This document shows positions 1 to 8,943 of a stretch of 10,595 nucleotides of DNA, piece by piece. Every line of letters begins with the position of its first letter. The stretch's first letter is position 1. The position numbers and the translations under genes are program-made. The notes beneath the pieces are model-generated. The model saw only the letters and a list, made by a program, of their open reading frames with translations, made no database searches and was not told the origin of the DNA. The DNA lies in the NCBI GenBank assembly GCA_044236265.1, contig JBIIGV010000097.1, positions 1 to 10,595 of the forward strand. Direction: 5' to 3'. Source of the stretch: Oligoflexales bacterium. GTDB taxonomy: Bacteria; Bdellovibrionota_B; Oligoflexia; Oligoflexales; RGVZ01.

Positions 1-69
1 GAAGCGTCCAGCAGCCTAAAGCTGGGTCCATTTGGTCCGATCACCAAACGGGACGATTTCGCTGGTTAA
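1..69 (+). CDS. Possible 3' end of an unidentified convergent gene (partial, ...EASSSLKLGPFGPITKRDDFAG*)
   Basis: Frame +1 is open from base 1 to TAA at 67-69, ending 1 bp from the lpxK stop codon (71-73). Only 22 codons are visible and no motif is recognised. Confidence 0.3.
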   Translation, partial: EASSSLKLGPFGPITKRDDFAG

Positions 70-70
70 T

Positions 71-1078
71 TCACGGGACGATGTCGGAAAAAAATTTCAT
101 GCCACCAACCCATTCCACGCGAAGAGGAAGTACGTAAACGGGAATTTTTAGACGCCTAAAAACCGAGCTGGACCTTGCGAAATCCTTTTCTGTTGTCAAC
201 AAGGCATCGCACGTGGCGGTGAAACTCTCCAGCTTATCCAGCGGAAATGGGTGATGATCTTGAACAAAACAGCTATCCACAGCGACCACACCATGATCTT
301 TCGCAGACGCCACAAAGTCATTGGGATTTGCGATGCCGGCAACGAGGCCCCACTTCATTGGACTTTGAGTTGAAGCTCCCAAGACCAATCGGGGAGGGTC
401 GGTCACAAACCTAGCCTCCATGATCTCACAGTTGGAGCTTGCGGCCTGAATATCGCGTCGCAGAGTTTCCGTTTGAGTGACTCTTTCCGCTTTGGTCATC
501 ACCGCAATATGAGCGCGCTTAAGAGACGCGAGCGGCTCTCGAAATCTACCAGCTGGAATCAATTCACCGTAAGGTGTTCTCGCATCCAACAAGACCACGT
601 CAACGTCTCGCGTGATTTTTCGGTGCTGAAAACCATCATCCAAAATCCAATGGGTAACATTGAACTGAGGGCAGCTGTTGATAAAATTCCTAGCCGCCTC
701 CAGTCGCTTACGACCTACAATCACTGGCACACGCGGCAGGGAGGACGACTGCATTATGGCCTCATCGGCGATGACATCCGCACGATTCACACCTGCAGCA
801 ACTTTGCCATCCAACAAAACCTGCCACTCACTTGCAGCCAAACCACTTCGATAACCTCGTGTCAATATCGCGGGGACACCACCTGCTTCGACAATCTTTC
901 TGGCAATGTCAATCACCACGGGCGATTTACCCGTACCACCAATAGCTACATTGCCGACCGAAATCACCTTGCCAGGTAGGCGAACTGACTGAAGATACCC
1001 TCTATCGTATAAGCGGTTACGAATTAGTACGATCACACCGAACAATCTCGAAAGGATCCTAAGCAGTACATTCATCAT
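71..1078 (-). CDS. lpxK: Tetraacyldisaccharide 4'-kinase (lipid A 4'-kinase)
   Basis: 335 aa with LpxK motifs: VISVGNVAIGGTGKSP (P-loop), LTRGY, ADEA, ILDDGFQH, GRFREP, AGIANP, DHH and LTTEKD. Start overlaps the msbA stop (ATGA). Confidence 0.96.
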   Translation of the reverse strand: MMNVLLRILSRLFGVIVLIRNRLYDRGYLQSVRLPGKVISVGNVAIGGTGKSPVVIDIARKIVEAGGVPAILTRGYRSGLAASEWQVLLDGKVAAGVNRADVIADEAIMQSSSLPRVPVIVGRKRLEAARNFINSCPQFNVTHWILDDGFQHRKITRDVDVVLLDARTPYGELIPAGRFREPLASLKRAHIAVMTKAERVTQTETLRRDIQAASSNCEIMEARFVTDPPRLVLGASTQSPMKWGLVAGIANPNDFVASAKDHGVVAVDSCFVQDHHPFPLDKLESFTATCDALLTTEKDFARSSSVFRRLKIPVYVLPLRVEWVGGMKFFSDIVP

Positions 1079-2916
1079 TCACCGCCACTTGTGCAAAACG
1101 CACGGTAGCGATCATTAGACATTAAATCCTGATGTCTGCCTTTGAAAACCAGCTTTCCGTCTTCAACAAACCACACCTCGTCATACAGACCCAGCCAACG
1201 TAGGCGATGGGTAACAGCCAGCATCAGCCCATTACGATCACGATTTTTCGCAATTAATCGCTCCGAAATATCCTGCTCCGTCGCGGCATCGACTGCAGAG
1301 GTCGCCTCATCAAGCAACAAAACATCCGGCTGCCGTAAAATCGCTCGCGCGATCACAAGTCTTTGAATCTGTCCTCCTGACAAACTGGTTTGAACTGGAT
1401 TGAACTCCGAATCAAGGGAGCGTTGCTCGCTAACAATCCAATCTGCCAGGTTCACCGTCGCTAGAGCGGACATTATTTCAGCCTCTGTCAGGGAATTTCT
1501 CTGCTCCGGCGACAAGCCATAGACAAGATTATTGACTAGTGAATCCTTGAATAGAAAGGGCTGCTGACTCACTAACGCAGAAGAAGAAACAAGACTACGC
1601 CAGTCATAATCAGACTCCCATATGGCCGGACTGATCAACCCGGCCAGGGATTTTATAAGCGTACTTTTACCGGAGCCACTTGGCCCGATGACGGCTACTG
1701 ATGTTCCTCTTCTTAGAGTCAAATCAGAAGCGCTTAAGGCAAGCCTTCCACCATATGTCACTTCAATGCGTGAAATTTGGATAGACCCTGGCAATTGCGA
1801 AATAGCATTGTGACCAACAGAACTAGCAGCAAAAGAATGCATAGATGTCAGGTGCGAGCCCTGAACGACCTCCATTGATCGTCTTAGCCCCCCAATGGTC
1901 TCGCTCCAGCGAGCCACCTGCTCGCCAAGCTCGCGAACAGGCTTCAGTATCAATCCTAAGGCTACAAAAAATTGAATAGCCTCTTCTGGCCCAACCGTAA
2001 ATCCAGAAATCTTTCTTGTCCATGCGTAGATGAATCCAGAAAAAATCAAAAAACCGATCCACTCCATACCAGGAGCAACAATGGCACGAATAAAAATCGA
2101 TCCGTTCATCATATTCAGATAAGACAGATTCTTGCGTCTAAATTGCGCTATCTCGAATCCTTCTCCGTGCTGCGCCCTCATGAATCGAAACCGTTCGCGA
2201 ATTCCCAAAAGCTGTCCGGATAGAACACCCAATTCACGCTGAAAAGCCTCGGTGTACCAGGAAATACGTTTGCCCGCGCGTCCCATCTGCCACGCAATAA
2301 ACGGACTAACGAGCAACAAAACCAGTGCCGCCGGCCAATGGATAAATGCCAGCGTGACCAAACAAGACAAAATCAACACACCGTCTTTTATGAAAGCAGT
2401 CGAAAAGTCTGCCAAGCGTGATTGAATAAAGACAGCATCAGCCATAATGACTGACATCCACTCCCCAGGACTCCGTCTTGCTGAATCTAACCATGGTAGG
2501 GTCAGAACTGCCTGAAAGACGATCTCTCGATAATTCTGAGCCACTTTCAAAGAGAGACGGACGACCCCTAAATTATATACATATGATGCCGCAGCCTTGA
2601 TAAATCCGGCGAGAAGCATCGCAAAAGGAATCAAAATCACAAATTCTGAGCGTTCCAAACGACCAGCTGCAATCTGCGGGAATGCGACCTGCAAAGATAC
2701 GGGCAAAAGCGATGCAAAAGATATCGAGTCTTTGGATGTATCAGTAAAAAAAGCCGCTAAAAAACCTTTTACGAGCACCAGAAAAGAAGCCTGAGTCAGC
2801 GCCAGGAGAAGCAAAGAGACGACGATGGTCGCTAGCACCAATCGCTGCGACATGACTGGGCGTAGCACAAAATCCCGAAGGAATTTATATAGTGCCTTGT
2901 GCCGATCATCCGTCAC
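1075..2916 (-). CDS. msbA: Lipid A/LPS flippase, ABC exporter with fused TMD-NBD (divergent MsbA)
   Basis: 613 aa with N-terminal hydrophobic helices, Walker A GPSGSGKST, Q-loop VSQQPFLF, signature LSGGQIQR, Walker B LLLDEATSAVD and H-loop VTHRL. Lies between lpxB and lpxK. GTG start overlaps the lpxB stop (GTGA) with GAGG upstream. Confidence 0.85.
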   Translation of the reverse strand: MTDDRHKALYKFLRDFVLRPVMSQRLVLATIVVSLLLLALTQASFLVLVKGFLAAFFTDTSKDSISFASLLPVSLQVAFPQIAAGRLERSEFVILIPFAMLLAGFIKAAASYVYNLGVVRLSLKVAQNYREIVFQAVLTLPWLDSARRSPGEWMSVIMADAVFIQSRLADFSTAFIKDGVLILSCLVTLAFIHWPAALVLLLVSPFIAWQMGRAGKRISWYTEAFQRELGVLSGQLLGIRERFRFMRAQHGEGFEIAQFRRKNLSYLNMMNGSIFIRAIVAPGMEWIGFLIFSGFIYAWTRKISGFTVGPEEAIQFFVALGLILKPVRELGEQVARWSETIGGLRRSMEVVQGSHLTSMHSFAASSVGHNAISQLPGSIQISRIEVTYGGRLALSASDLTLRRGTSVAVIGPSGSGKSTLIKSLAGLISPAIWESDYDWRSLVSSSALVSQQPFLFKDSLVNNLVYGLSPEQRNSLTEAEIMSALATVNLADWIVSEQRSLDSEFNPVQTSLSGGQIQRLVIARAILRQPDVLLLDEATSAVDAATEQDISERLIAKNRDRNGLMLAVTHRLRWLGLYDEVWFVEDGKLVFKGRHQDLMSNDRYRAFCTSGGE

Positions 2917-4094
2917 AATTTAATACCTCGAGCACGAAGATCTCGCGTGAGCCAGGACGCAGCGTGCTCCGCCGCACCCGGCTGCAAACGCGACGCCAAT
3001 AAATCAAATTTATTCAGCATCTGTCTGCGGGGTAACGTGTCATTCGCCAGGATCACTGCCTCCTCGGCCACTGCGTGATGATCAATCGTTTGAATGTGTT
3101 CTTTCACAACTTCTTCGTTCATTAACAAGTTGACCAAACTCACCCAACGCAAATCCACTAATCGACTCGCAACGGAGTAAGACAAATCATTCATGACATA
3201 AACCACGGACATTGGCGTTCCAGCCAAGGCACACTCGAGTGTCGCCGTCCCCGATGCCACCACGGCACTATGAGCAACCTTGAGTAGCTCAAGCGACCAA
3301 CCATCAAACCAAACAAAGCCGCCACTCTCCCAGCGACTCTCAGATTTTTTAGCCCCAGGATCCAAATCCAGGATTGGCGCAACATCCGTCCAATCCATTC
3401 CTGAAGCCAACGGAATAACACACAAAGCTTCCGGATCTTTTCGCAAGATCTCACGCCGAATCCGGTCCATGATCGGAAGAATCAACTTCAACTCATTCAT
3501 TCGACTTCCAGGAAGAAACGCGTATATCTTGCGACCAGGGGGAAGTCTCATATTAGACTGGTCTAAACTTATTTTGTTCATTCTATCCAGATGCGGTGAT
3601 CCCACATAAACGTAATTCACTCCGTGACGAAGAAAAAACTCCTCTTCGAAGGGAAGAACACCCATGACGCCAGCAAAATGCTGGCGTAGAAGTTCCACAC
3701 GACTTTGCCCCCACGCCCAAACTTTGGGGGCTACATATTGATAAACGGGAATTTTTCGCAAGTGTAACTGCTCGGCCAAACGAAAGTGAAAGCCGGGGAA
3801 ATCTACCAGGACGGCAAATGCTGGATTAAAGCGGTCTACCCATGCCAAAATCCGTTGCTCCACCATGCGGATATCTGTAACTTTTTTCGCGACTTCAACA
3901 AGCCCCATAACAGACAACTCAGAGGTGTGAGCGATAGGACTGACCGCAGCACGCTGCATCGCCTCCCCAACAACGCCGTAAGGCTCCAATTCTTGAGATA
4001 TTGAGCGTAGCGCATGCACTAAATCTGCCGCTAGCAGATCACCGGAAAGCTCTCCAGCCGAGATCAGATAAGACTTGTTCGTCTTTAGCGACAT
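2913..4094 (-). CDS. lpxB: Lipid A disaccharide synthase
   Basis: 393 aa with ISAGELSGDLLAA, LSVMGLVEV, YVAPKVWAW, VLPFEEEF, LPGSR, ASGTATLE and SLVNLL, all LpxB hallmarks. 10-bp overlap with lpxA. Confidence 0.97.
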   Translation of the reverse strand: MSLKTNKSYLISAGELSGDLLAADLVHALRSISQELEPYGVVGEAMQRAAVSPIAHTSELSVMGLVEVAKKVTDIRMVEQRILAWVDRFNPAFAVLVDFPGFHFRLAEQLHLRKIPVYQYVAPKVWAWGQSRVELLRQHFAGVMGVLPFEEEFFLRHGVNYVYVGSPHLDRMNKISLDQSNMRLPPGRKIYAFLPGSRMNELKLILPIMDRIRREILRKDPEALCVIPLASGMDWTDVAPILDLDPGAKKSESRWESGGFVWFDGWSLELLKVAHSAVVASGTATLECALAGTPMSVVYVMNDLSYSVASRLVDLRWVSLVNLLMNEEVVKEHIQTIDHHAVAEEAVILANDTLPRRQMLNKFDLLASRLQPGAAEHAASWLTRDLRARGIKL

Positions 4095-4879
4095 ATTCCT
4101 CGCTCGCTACTTTTCAAAAAGTCGAGCCACTTGGCGCGAAATTCGCAATCACGAACTTCGCCTCTAATTTTCTCAAGAGCATCATCAAGCGTCAGATTTG
4201 AATCAAACACGAGGTGATACATTGACTTGATCACCTGCAGATCCGAGTTACTAATACCAAGACGTCTTAAACCAACGACATTGAGACCATTCATACGGGC
4301 GCGATCTCCATGGACCATACCGTAAGGTACAACATCCTGGACAACTTTAGCGCCAGCCGCAATCATGGCCAAAGTCCCAATACGACAAAACTGATGAACA
4401 CCAGACAATCCACCCAAGACCGCACCATCGTCAATCACGACATGTCCAGCCAGCGCGACATTGTTCGCAGCGATGACCCGATTTCCTACGACACAATCGT
4501 GCGCGATATGGGTGTAAACCATAAAAAGATTTTCATTACCAACAACGGTCTTGCCGCCACCACCTTCTGTTCCAAGGGATACGTTGCAATACTCGCGAAA
4601 CATATTGCGCTCACCGATAATGAGCTCACTATCTTCGCCTTTGAACTTTAAATCCTGAGGGCGCGAACCAATACTAGCAAATGATGAAACCAGGTTCTCT
4701 GAACCTAACTTCACCCGCCCGCTGATCACAACGTGAGATTGAATTTCGGTGCGATCACCAATAGTGACCTTGGAGCCAATCACTGAGTATGGACCGACCT
4801 TGACGCCAACACCCAACTGAGCGCCTTTTTCGATAATGGCTGTTGGGTGAATCATTGTATCCGTATTCTTACTGGTCAT
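4085..4879 (-). CDS. lpxA: Acyl-ACP--UDP-N-acetylglucosamine O-acyltransferase
   Basis: 264 aa with IHPTAII, hexapeptide repeats, PQDLKF, HIAHDC (catalytic His), LAGHV, VHQFCRIG, GLNVVGLRR and C-terminal RGICR. Confidence 0.97.
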   Translation of the reverse strand: MTSKNTDTMIHPTAIIEKGAQLGVGVKVGPYSVIGSKVTIGDRTEIQSHVVISGRVKLGSENLVSSFASIGSRPQDLKFKGEDSELIIGERNMFREYCNVSLGTEGGGGKTVVGNENLFMVYTHIAHDCVVGNRVIAANNVALAGHVVIDDGAVLGGLSGVHQFCRIGTLAMIAAGAKVVQDVVPYGMVHGDRARMNGLNVVGLRRLGISNSDLQVIKSMYHLVFDSNLTLDDALEKIRGEVRDCEFRAKWLDFLKSSERGICR

Positions 4880-4885
4880 AGACTC

Positions 4886-5320
4886 TCACTTCATCAAGGC
4901 GCTAAACTTCACAACGGCCACTTCTGAGCCGTCTACAGACATCAGAGCATCAAACCAAGAGAATGCACCACGATGCTTCGTCAACTTTATCTCGTATTTC
5001 AGAACGTCACCCGGGACGACTGGCTTACGAAAACGAGCTTCGGTAATTTCGGTAAACAAACACTCGGTCAATCCGCCTTTGCTCAGTGCCCCGAGCACGG
5101 CAGCCGCTTGGGCAGCTCCTTCAACTATGACAACACCCGGAACAATCGGATTACCAGGAAAGTGCCCCTGAAGTGCGGGGTCACTGATCGTGATATTTCT
5201 AAGTGCGACAATCGAGTCGAAAGGCTTAGCTTCCAATACGCGGTCAATAAATAAAAAGGGATAGCGATGGGGAATTGCGCGCTGAATTGCCACAACATCC
5301 ATTGGCATTTTGACATCCAT
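4886..5320 (-). CDS. fabZ: 3-hydroxyacyl-ACP dehydratase
   Basis: 144 aa with PHRYPFLFIDRV, GHFPGNPIVPGVVIVEGAAQ (catalytic His/Glu) and FRKPVVPGD. GAGG/AAGG lies upstream of the ATG. Confidence 0.97.
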   Translation of the reverse strand: MDVKMPMDVVAIQRAIPHRYPFLFIDRVLEAKPFDSIVALRNITISDPALQGHFPGNPIVPGVVIVEGAAQAAAVLGALSKGGLTECLFTEITEARFRKPVVPGDVLKYEIKLTKHRGAFSWFDALMSVDGSEVAVVKFSALMK

Positions 5321-5347
5321 GACCTTGCCTCCTGGCGTGCCTCTGAA

Positions 5348-5857
5348 TTACTTTTTCTTGCCGTAGACCGAAATCACATCCTTCGTTAAATCAACGGGCT
5401 GACTCAAGTACAGAAGTCCAGCATTGTTGACCTCAAAAACCGCATCTAGACCCTTTTCTTTTGCCATCTTCTGAACAATGCCCTCTACCTTGACAGCAAT
5501 GCCCTGCGTAGCCTTCTGCTCGTCGTTTTTGACGGCTTCTCTAAATGCCATCTCGTCGTTACGAAGCGCGAGAAACTTTTCTTGGAATTCCTTTTGTTTA
5601 GAAATTCTGGCCTCTTCGCTCATGAGAGCTGATTGGCTCTGCCAGTCCTTGTTCATCTTATCCAGCTCGTCGCGACGCTTGTTGAATTCGACTTCCTTGC
5701 CTTTGATCTTTTTCTCCAGATCGGCACGCGCGGACTTACCTTCTTCAACATTCAAAATCACAGCCTGCATATCAATAACGCCAAACTTCGATGCCAACAC
5801 TTGTGTCGCATTCAAAGCGATAAACCCACAGACGAAAATCTTTGATAGTGCCTTCAT
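5348..5857 (-). CDS. skp: Periplasmic outer-membrane-protein chaperone Skp/OmpH
   Basis: Signal-peptide-like N-terminus (MKALSKIFVCGFIALNATQVLA), then KFGVIDMQAVI, a charged coiled coil, AKEKGLDAVF and DLTKDVI. Follows bamA. Start placed at ATG 5857 because GGAG lies 9 nt upstream; the ORF-track start 5872 is the alternative. Confidence 0.92.
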   Translation of the reverse strand: MKALSKIFVCGFIALNATQVLASKFGVIDMQAVILNVEEGKSARADLEKKIKGKEVEFNKRRDELDKMNKDWQSQSALMSEEARISKQKEFQEKFLALRNDEMAFREAVKNDEQKATQGIAVKVEGIVQKMAKEKGLDAVFEVNNAGLLYLSQPVDLTKDVISVYGKKK

Positions 5858-5926
5858 TTTTACGTTCTCCATAACTTCTAGTTCAATAAGACTTTATCGA
5901 CGCAATCCCATCCCGGAATCAGCGCA

Positions 5927-8242
5927 TCAGAACCCGATACTAAATATTGGTTGAGGGTCACCCAGCTTGCCGTCAATCACAGGATAGGCCCATTCAAACC
6001 TAAACGGAGCAATTGGCGTCTGCCACCTAAAACCAAAACCGACGTCACGATACAAACCCTTCGTAGATATGAGTTCGTTGTCGTCATACACGCGACCCCA
6101 GTCTGCAAACGCCAACGCCTTAATTCCAGCCTCAGGGAGCAACGGTACGAAGTATTCAAGTTGGAAAAGCAACTTTTTGTCACCACCGCGATTGTACTCG
6201 CCAGGCTCATATCCAGGGGCGCGCATCATGTAGAACTTCGGACCGATGGACTCGAATCGATATCCTCGCAAATCGTTATATCCACCTAACCGGTAGCGCT
6301 CAACAAAGGGCACTTGGGAACCAAGGTAGCTATAGATGTAAGATAGGTTTCCGGAAAGCTTGAAGTAGGTGCGGAATGTGTCAGAAAAATCAAGCGGCAG
6401 ATAGTAGGCTGCATCAAATGACGTTTCTTGAAACCTGTAATCACCACCAAGTATCGGACCACCAGTAATTTTGTGGCGTAATGAAAGCTCACTACCTTCG
6501 GTCGGAGCTATGTTGTTATCTCTCACATTTCGGAACAACGAGAATATCATCGAGCTTTGTAAGCCGCGCATTTTGAATTTCTCATTGAGATATTGATCGC
6601 TCGTCTGCTCAGTCTTAAGAAGGCGGTAAGTAGCTTGTCCGGATACCTGCTCAAACAGCTTTCTTCCGACAAATACACTTGCCCCATAACGTTTCTCGGC
6701 TGTTTCGACGTCAGAGATTATCCGCTCAATCTGATGCGAGTACTCTAGGTTTGTACCAGCCGTCCAATGTGAATCGTTAACTCGTGGATTGGTGAATCCT
6801 AAATCAAGATTATAGTTACGATCACCATCCCATTTCCCGTGAAGGCTGCTCGTGTAACCATATCCGGATTGATTCTGCTCATCGTAGGCACCCTGACCAA
6901 AGAATCCTGATCTCACACCACCCTGTGGCGGGGTGTACCCAACACTTGCCTGAAGCTGACCCGTCGGCTTTTCTTTGACCTTAACGCTGAGATCCAAAAT
7001 GGTCTCATCACCAGGATTGCGTTCATTAAGAATCTGGATGTCCTCGAAATAGCCGAGGCGTCCCAATTCTTTCTTGGTGTCAGTCAGCCCGGTTGAATTA
7101 TACAGCTCGGCATCATTGACTTTAAATTCACGCCGCATCACGTTGTCGCGAGTTTTGGTGTTGCCGATAATCGTCATTTCACCAAAGTAGATTTTTTCGC
7201 CTTTGGCAATTTCATAGTTAATGTTTGCCAAACGCTTATCTTTATCAAACGTCACGACTGGGTTGATATCTGCATAGGCGTAGCCCAGATCACCGTACTT
7301 GTCTTTCATGACATCAATATCGCGGGTGAAGTAACTGTAACGAAACAGCCCCCCGTCTTTTAGCTTCATGGCTTTGATCAAATCCTCTTTGGGGAACAGC
7401 AGATCACCGGAAAGATCAATTGTGCCAACATTGTATTGCAGACCCTCTTCGACCTTATACGTCAGCCGGACAAACTTTCTGTCTGGATCCATGATTTGGC
7501 TGGGTTTTGCCACCTGCACTTCAGCAAATCCCTGATCTTTATAAATGTACTGCAACAAACCAAGGTCGTTGCGTACGTAATCGTCCTTGAATAGACCGCC
7601 CGAGCCGTAGTTTGATGATCTTGTGAGAGGCTGACTGGCCATCTTTTGAATGAGCTCAGCATCTGAGAAATAGTCATTACCCACGATCGAAACATCTGAA
7701 ACCTGAACTGTGCCACCTTCGTCAACAATGTAACGAAGCGTCACCTCATTGGCGCCCGCTTTATCAAGCGCATAGCTGACCCTTGCAAGGTAAAAACCCT
7801 TTTCCGCATAAACTTTTTCGATGACACGCAAATCGTTTGTGATCTTGGATTCATTGACGATGGTGTAAAGCTTGGTTTCAATTTTTTCCTTTACATCGTC
7901 TTCCTTTACCTCATTCATCCCCTCGTAGACGATCGATGTGATTGCAGGCTTTTCTGTAACTTGGATCACCAGAACGACGCCGGTGCCCGAGGCTTTTTTA
8001 AAGAAACGAAGATCACTGAAGTATCCAAGGTCGTACAGGGTTTGCATATCTTCGCGCACGACAGCATCTGAAAGCTTACCTCCGCGGCGTGACTTGATAA
8101 TTGTCAAAATTGCATCTGACTCGACACGTCCATTTCCCCTAACCACGATATCTTCAATGGTTTCATCCGCAGCGAAGACGAGCGACCCTGTCAGCAACAC
8201 GATCGATAGAAATAAAATTAGATGGCGAACTAAAATTTTCAA
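5927..8242 (-). CDS. bamA: Outer membrane protein assembly factor BamA (Omp85/YaeT)
   Basis: 771 aa with a signal peptide, POTRA-type repeats (IVVRGNGRV, GNTKTRDNVMRRE, LGYFEDI, VKVKEKPTG), barrel motif LGGYNDLRGY, WQTPIAPFRFEWAYP and terminal Phe. TTG start overlaps the lolD stop (TTGA). Confidence 0.96.
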   Translation of the reverse strand: MKILVRHLILFLSIVLLTGSLVFAADETIEDIVVRGNGRVESDAILTIIKSRRGGKLSDAVVREDMQTLYDLGYFSDLRFFKKASGTGVVLVIQVTEKPAITSIVYEGMNEVKEDDVKEKIETKLYTIVNESKITNDLRVIEKVYAEKGFYLARVSYALDKAGANEVTLRYIVDEGGTVQVSDVSIVGNDYFSDAELIQKMASQPLTRSSNYGSGGLFKDDYVRNDLGLLQYIYKDQGFAEVQVAKPSQIMDPDRKFVRLTYKVEEGLQYNVGTIDLSGDLLFPKEDLIKAMKLKDGGLFRYSYFTRDIDVMKDKYGDLGYAYADINPVVTFDKDKRLANINYEIAKGEKIYFGEMTIIGNTKTRDNVMRREFKVNDAELYNSTGLTDTKKELGRLGYFEDIQILNERNPGDETILDLSVKVKEKPTGQLQASVGYTPPQGGVRSGFFGQGAYDEQNQSGYGYTSSLHGKWDGDRNYNLDLGFTNPRVNDSHWTAGTNLEYSHQIERIISDVETAEKRYGASVFVGRKLFEQVSGQATYRLLKTEQTSDQYLNEKFKMRGLQSSMIFSLFRNVRDNNIAPTEGSELSLRHKITGGPILGGDYRFQETSFDAAYYLPLDFSDTFRTYFKLSGNLSYIYSYLGSQVPFVERYRLGGYNDLRGYRFESIGPKFYMMRAPGYEPGEYNRGGDKKLLFQLEYFVPLLPEAGIKALAFADWGRVYDDNELISTKGLYRDVGFGFRWQTPIAPFRFEWAYPVIDGKLGDPQPIFSIGF

Positions 8243-8943
8243 TGCACCACTCCGTCATGTACGACCAATCCATCTTCCATCACGATTTGTGACGGAAGAC
8301 GAGAGGCCAATTCCATATCATGGGTCACAAGAAGCAAAGTCATGCGATGGTTTCGCACAAGCTCCAATAGAAGATCTTGAATCATCAAACTGGTCTTTCG
8401 ATCGAGGTTACCGGTTGGCTCGTCTGCGACCAAAATCGGGGGCGCCATCATCAATGCTCGTGCAATGGCCACCCTTTGCTGCTCACCACCAGAAAGCTCA
8501 CCCGGCTTGTGTTCAACGCGCTCACCGAGCCCAACGGACTCCAGAAGTTTGACAGCCCGCTCCCGTAGTGCCGCCGCGGGAAGGCCAGCGATGATTCCCG
8601 GCATCATGACATTTTCCAACGCCGAGAACTCGGGCAATAAATTGTTCATCTGAAAGACAAACCCAACACTTTGATTTCTGAATCGGCTAAGTGTCTTGTC
8701 GTTCATGGAGGAAACATCAACACCATTTATGAAAACCTGTCCCGTTGTGGGGCGGTCCAAAGTTCCAATCACATGAAGCAGTGTACTCTTGCCTGCACCA
8801 CTTTTGCCTGTCACGGCAACCATGGCGCCCTCAGGAATACTCACAGAAACACCGCGCAGCGCCTCAACACGTGTTGCTTCGATGGTGTACTCTTTTCGGA
8901 CACCATCCAATCGGATCGCAGCTTGTGACGTTGCGAGAGTCAT
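8239..8943 (-). CDS. lolD: Lipoprotein-releasing system ATP-binding protein
   Basis: Walker [45 protein letters not shown] and VTHD, directly after the LolC/E permease. Start placed at ATG 8943 (ATGA overlap with the permease stop); GTG 8949 is the alternative. Confidence 0.92.
   Translation of the reverse strand: MTLATSQAAIRLDGVRKEYTIEATRVEALRGVSVSIPEGAMVAVTGKSGAGKSTLLHVIGTLDRPTTGQVFINGVDVSSMNDKTLSRFRNQSVGFVFQMNNLLPEFSALENVMMPGIIAGLPAAALRERAVKLLESVGLGERVEHKPGELSGGEQQRVAIARALMMAPPILVADEPTGNLDRKTSLMIQDLLLELVRNHRMTLLLVTHDMELASRLPSQIVMEDGLVVHDGVVH

Noticed and set aside
5894..5901. Minus-strand GTCGATAA resembles a sigma28 -10 box upstream of skp
   Set aside because: No TAAA -35 element lies 15 nt upstream (GATT is found there).
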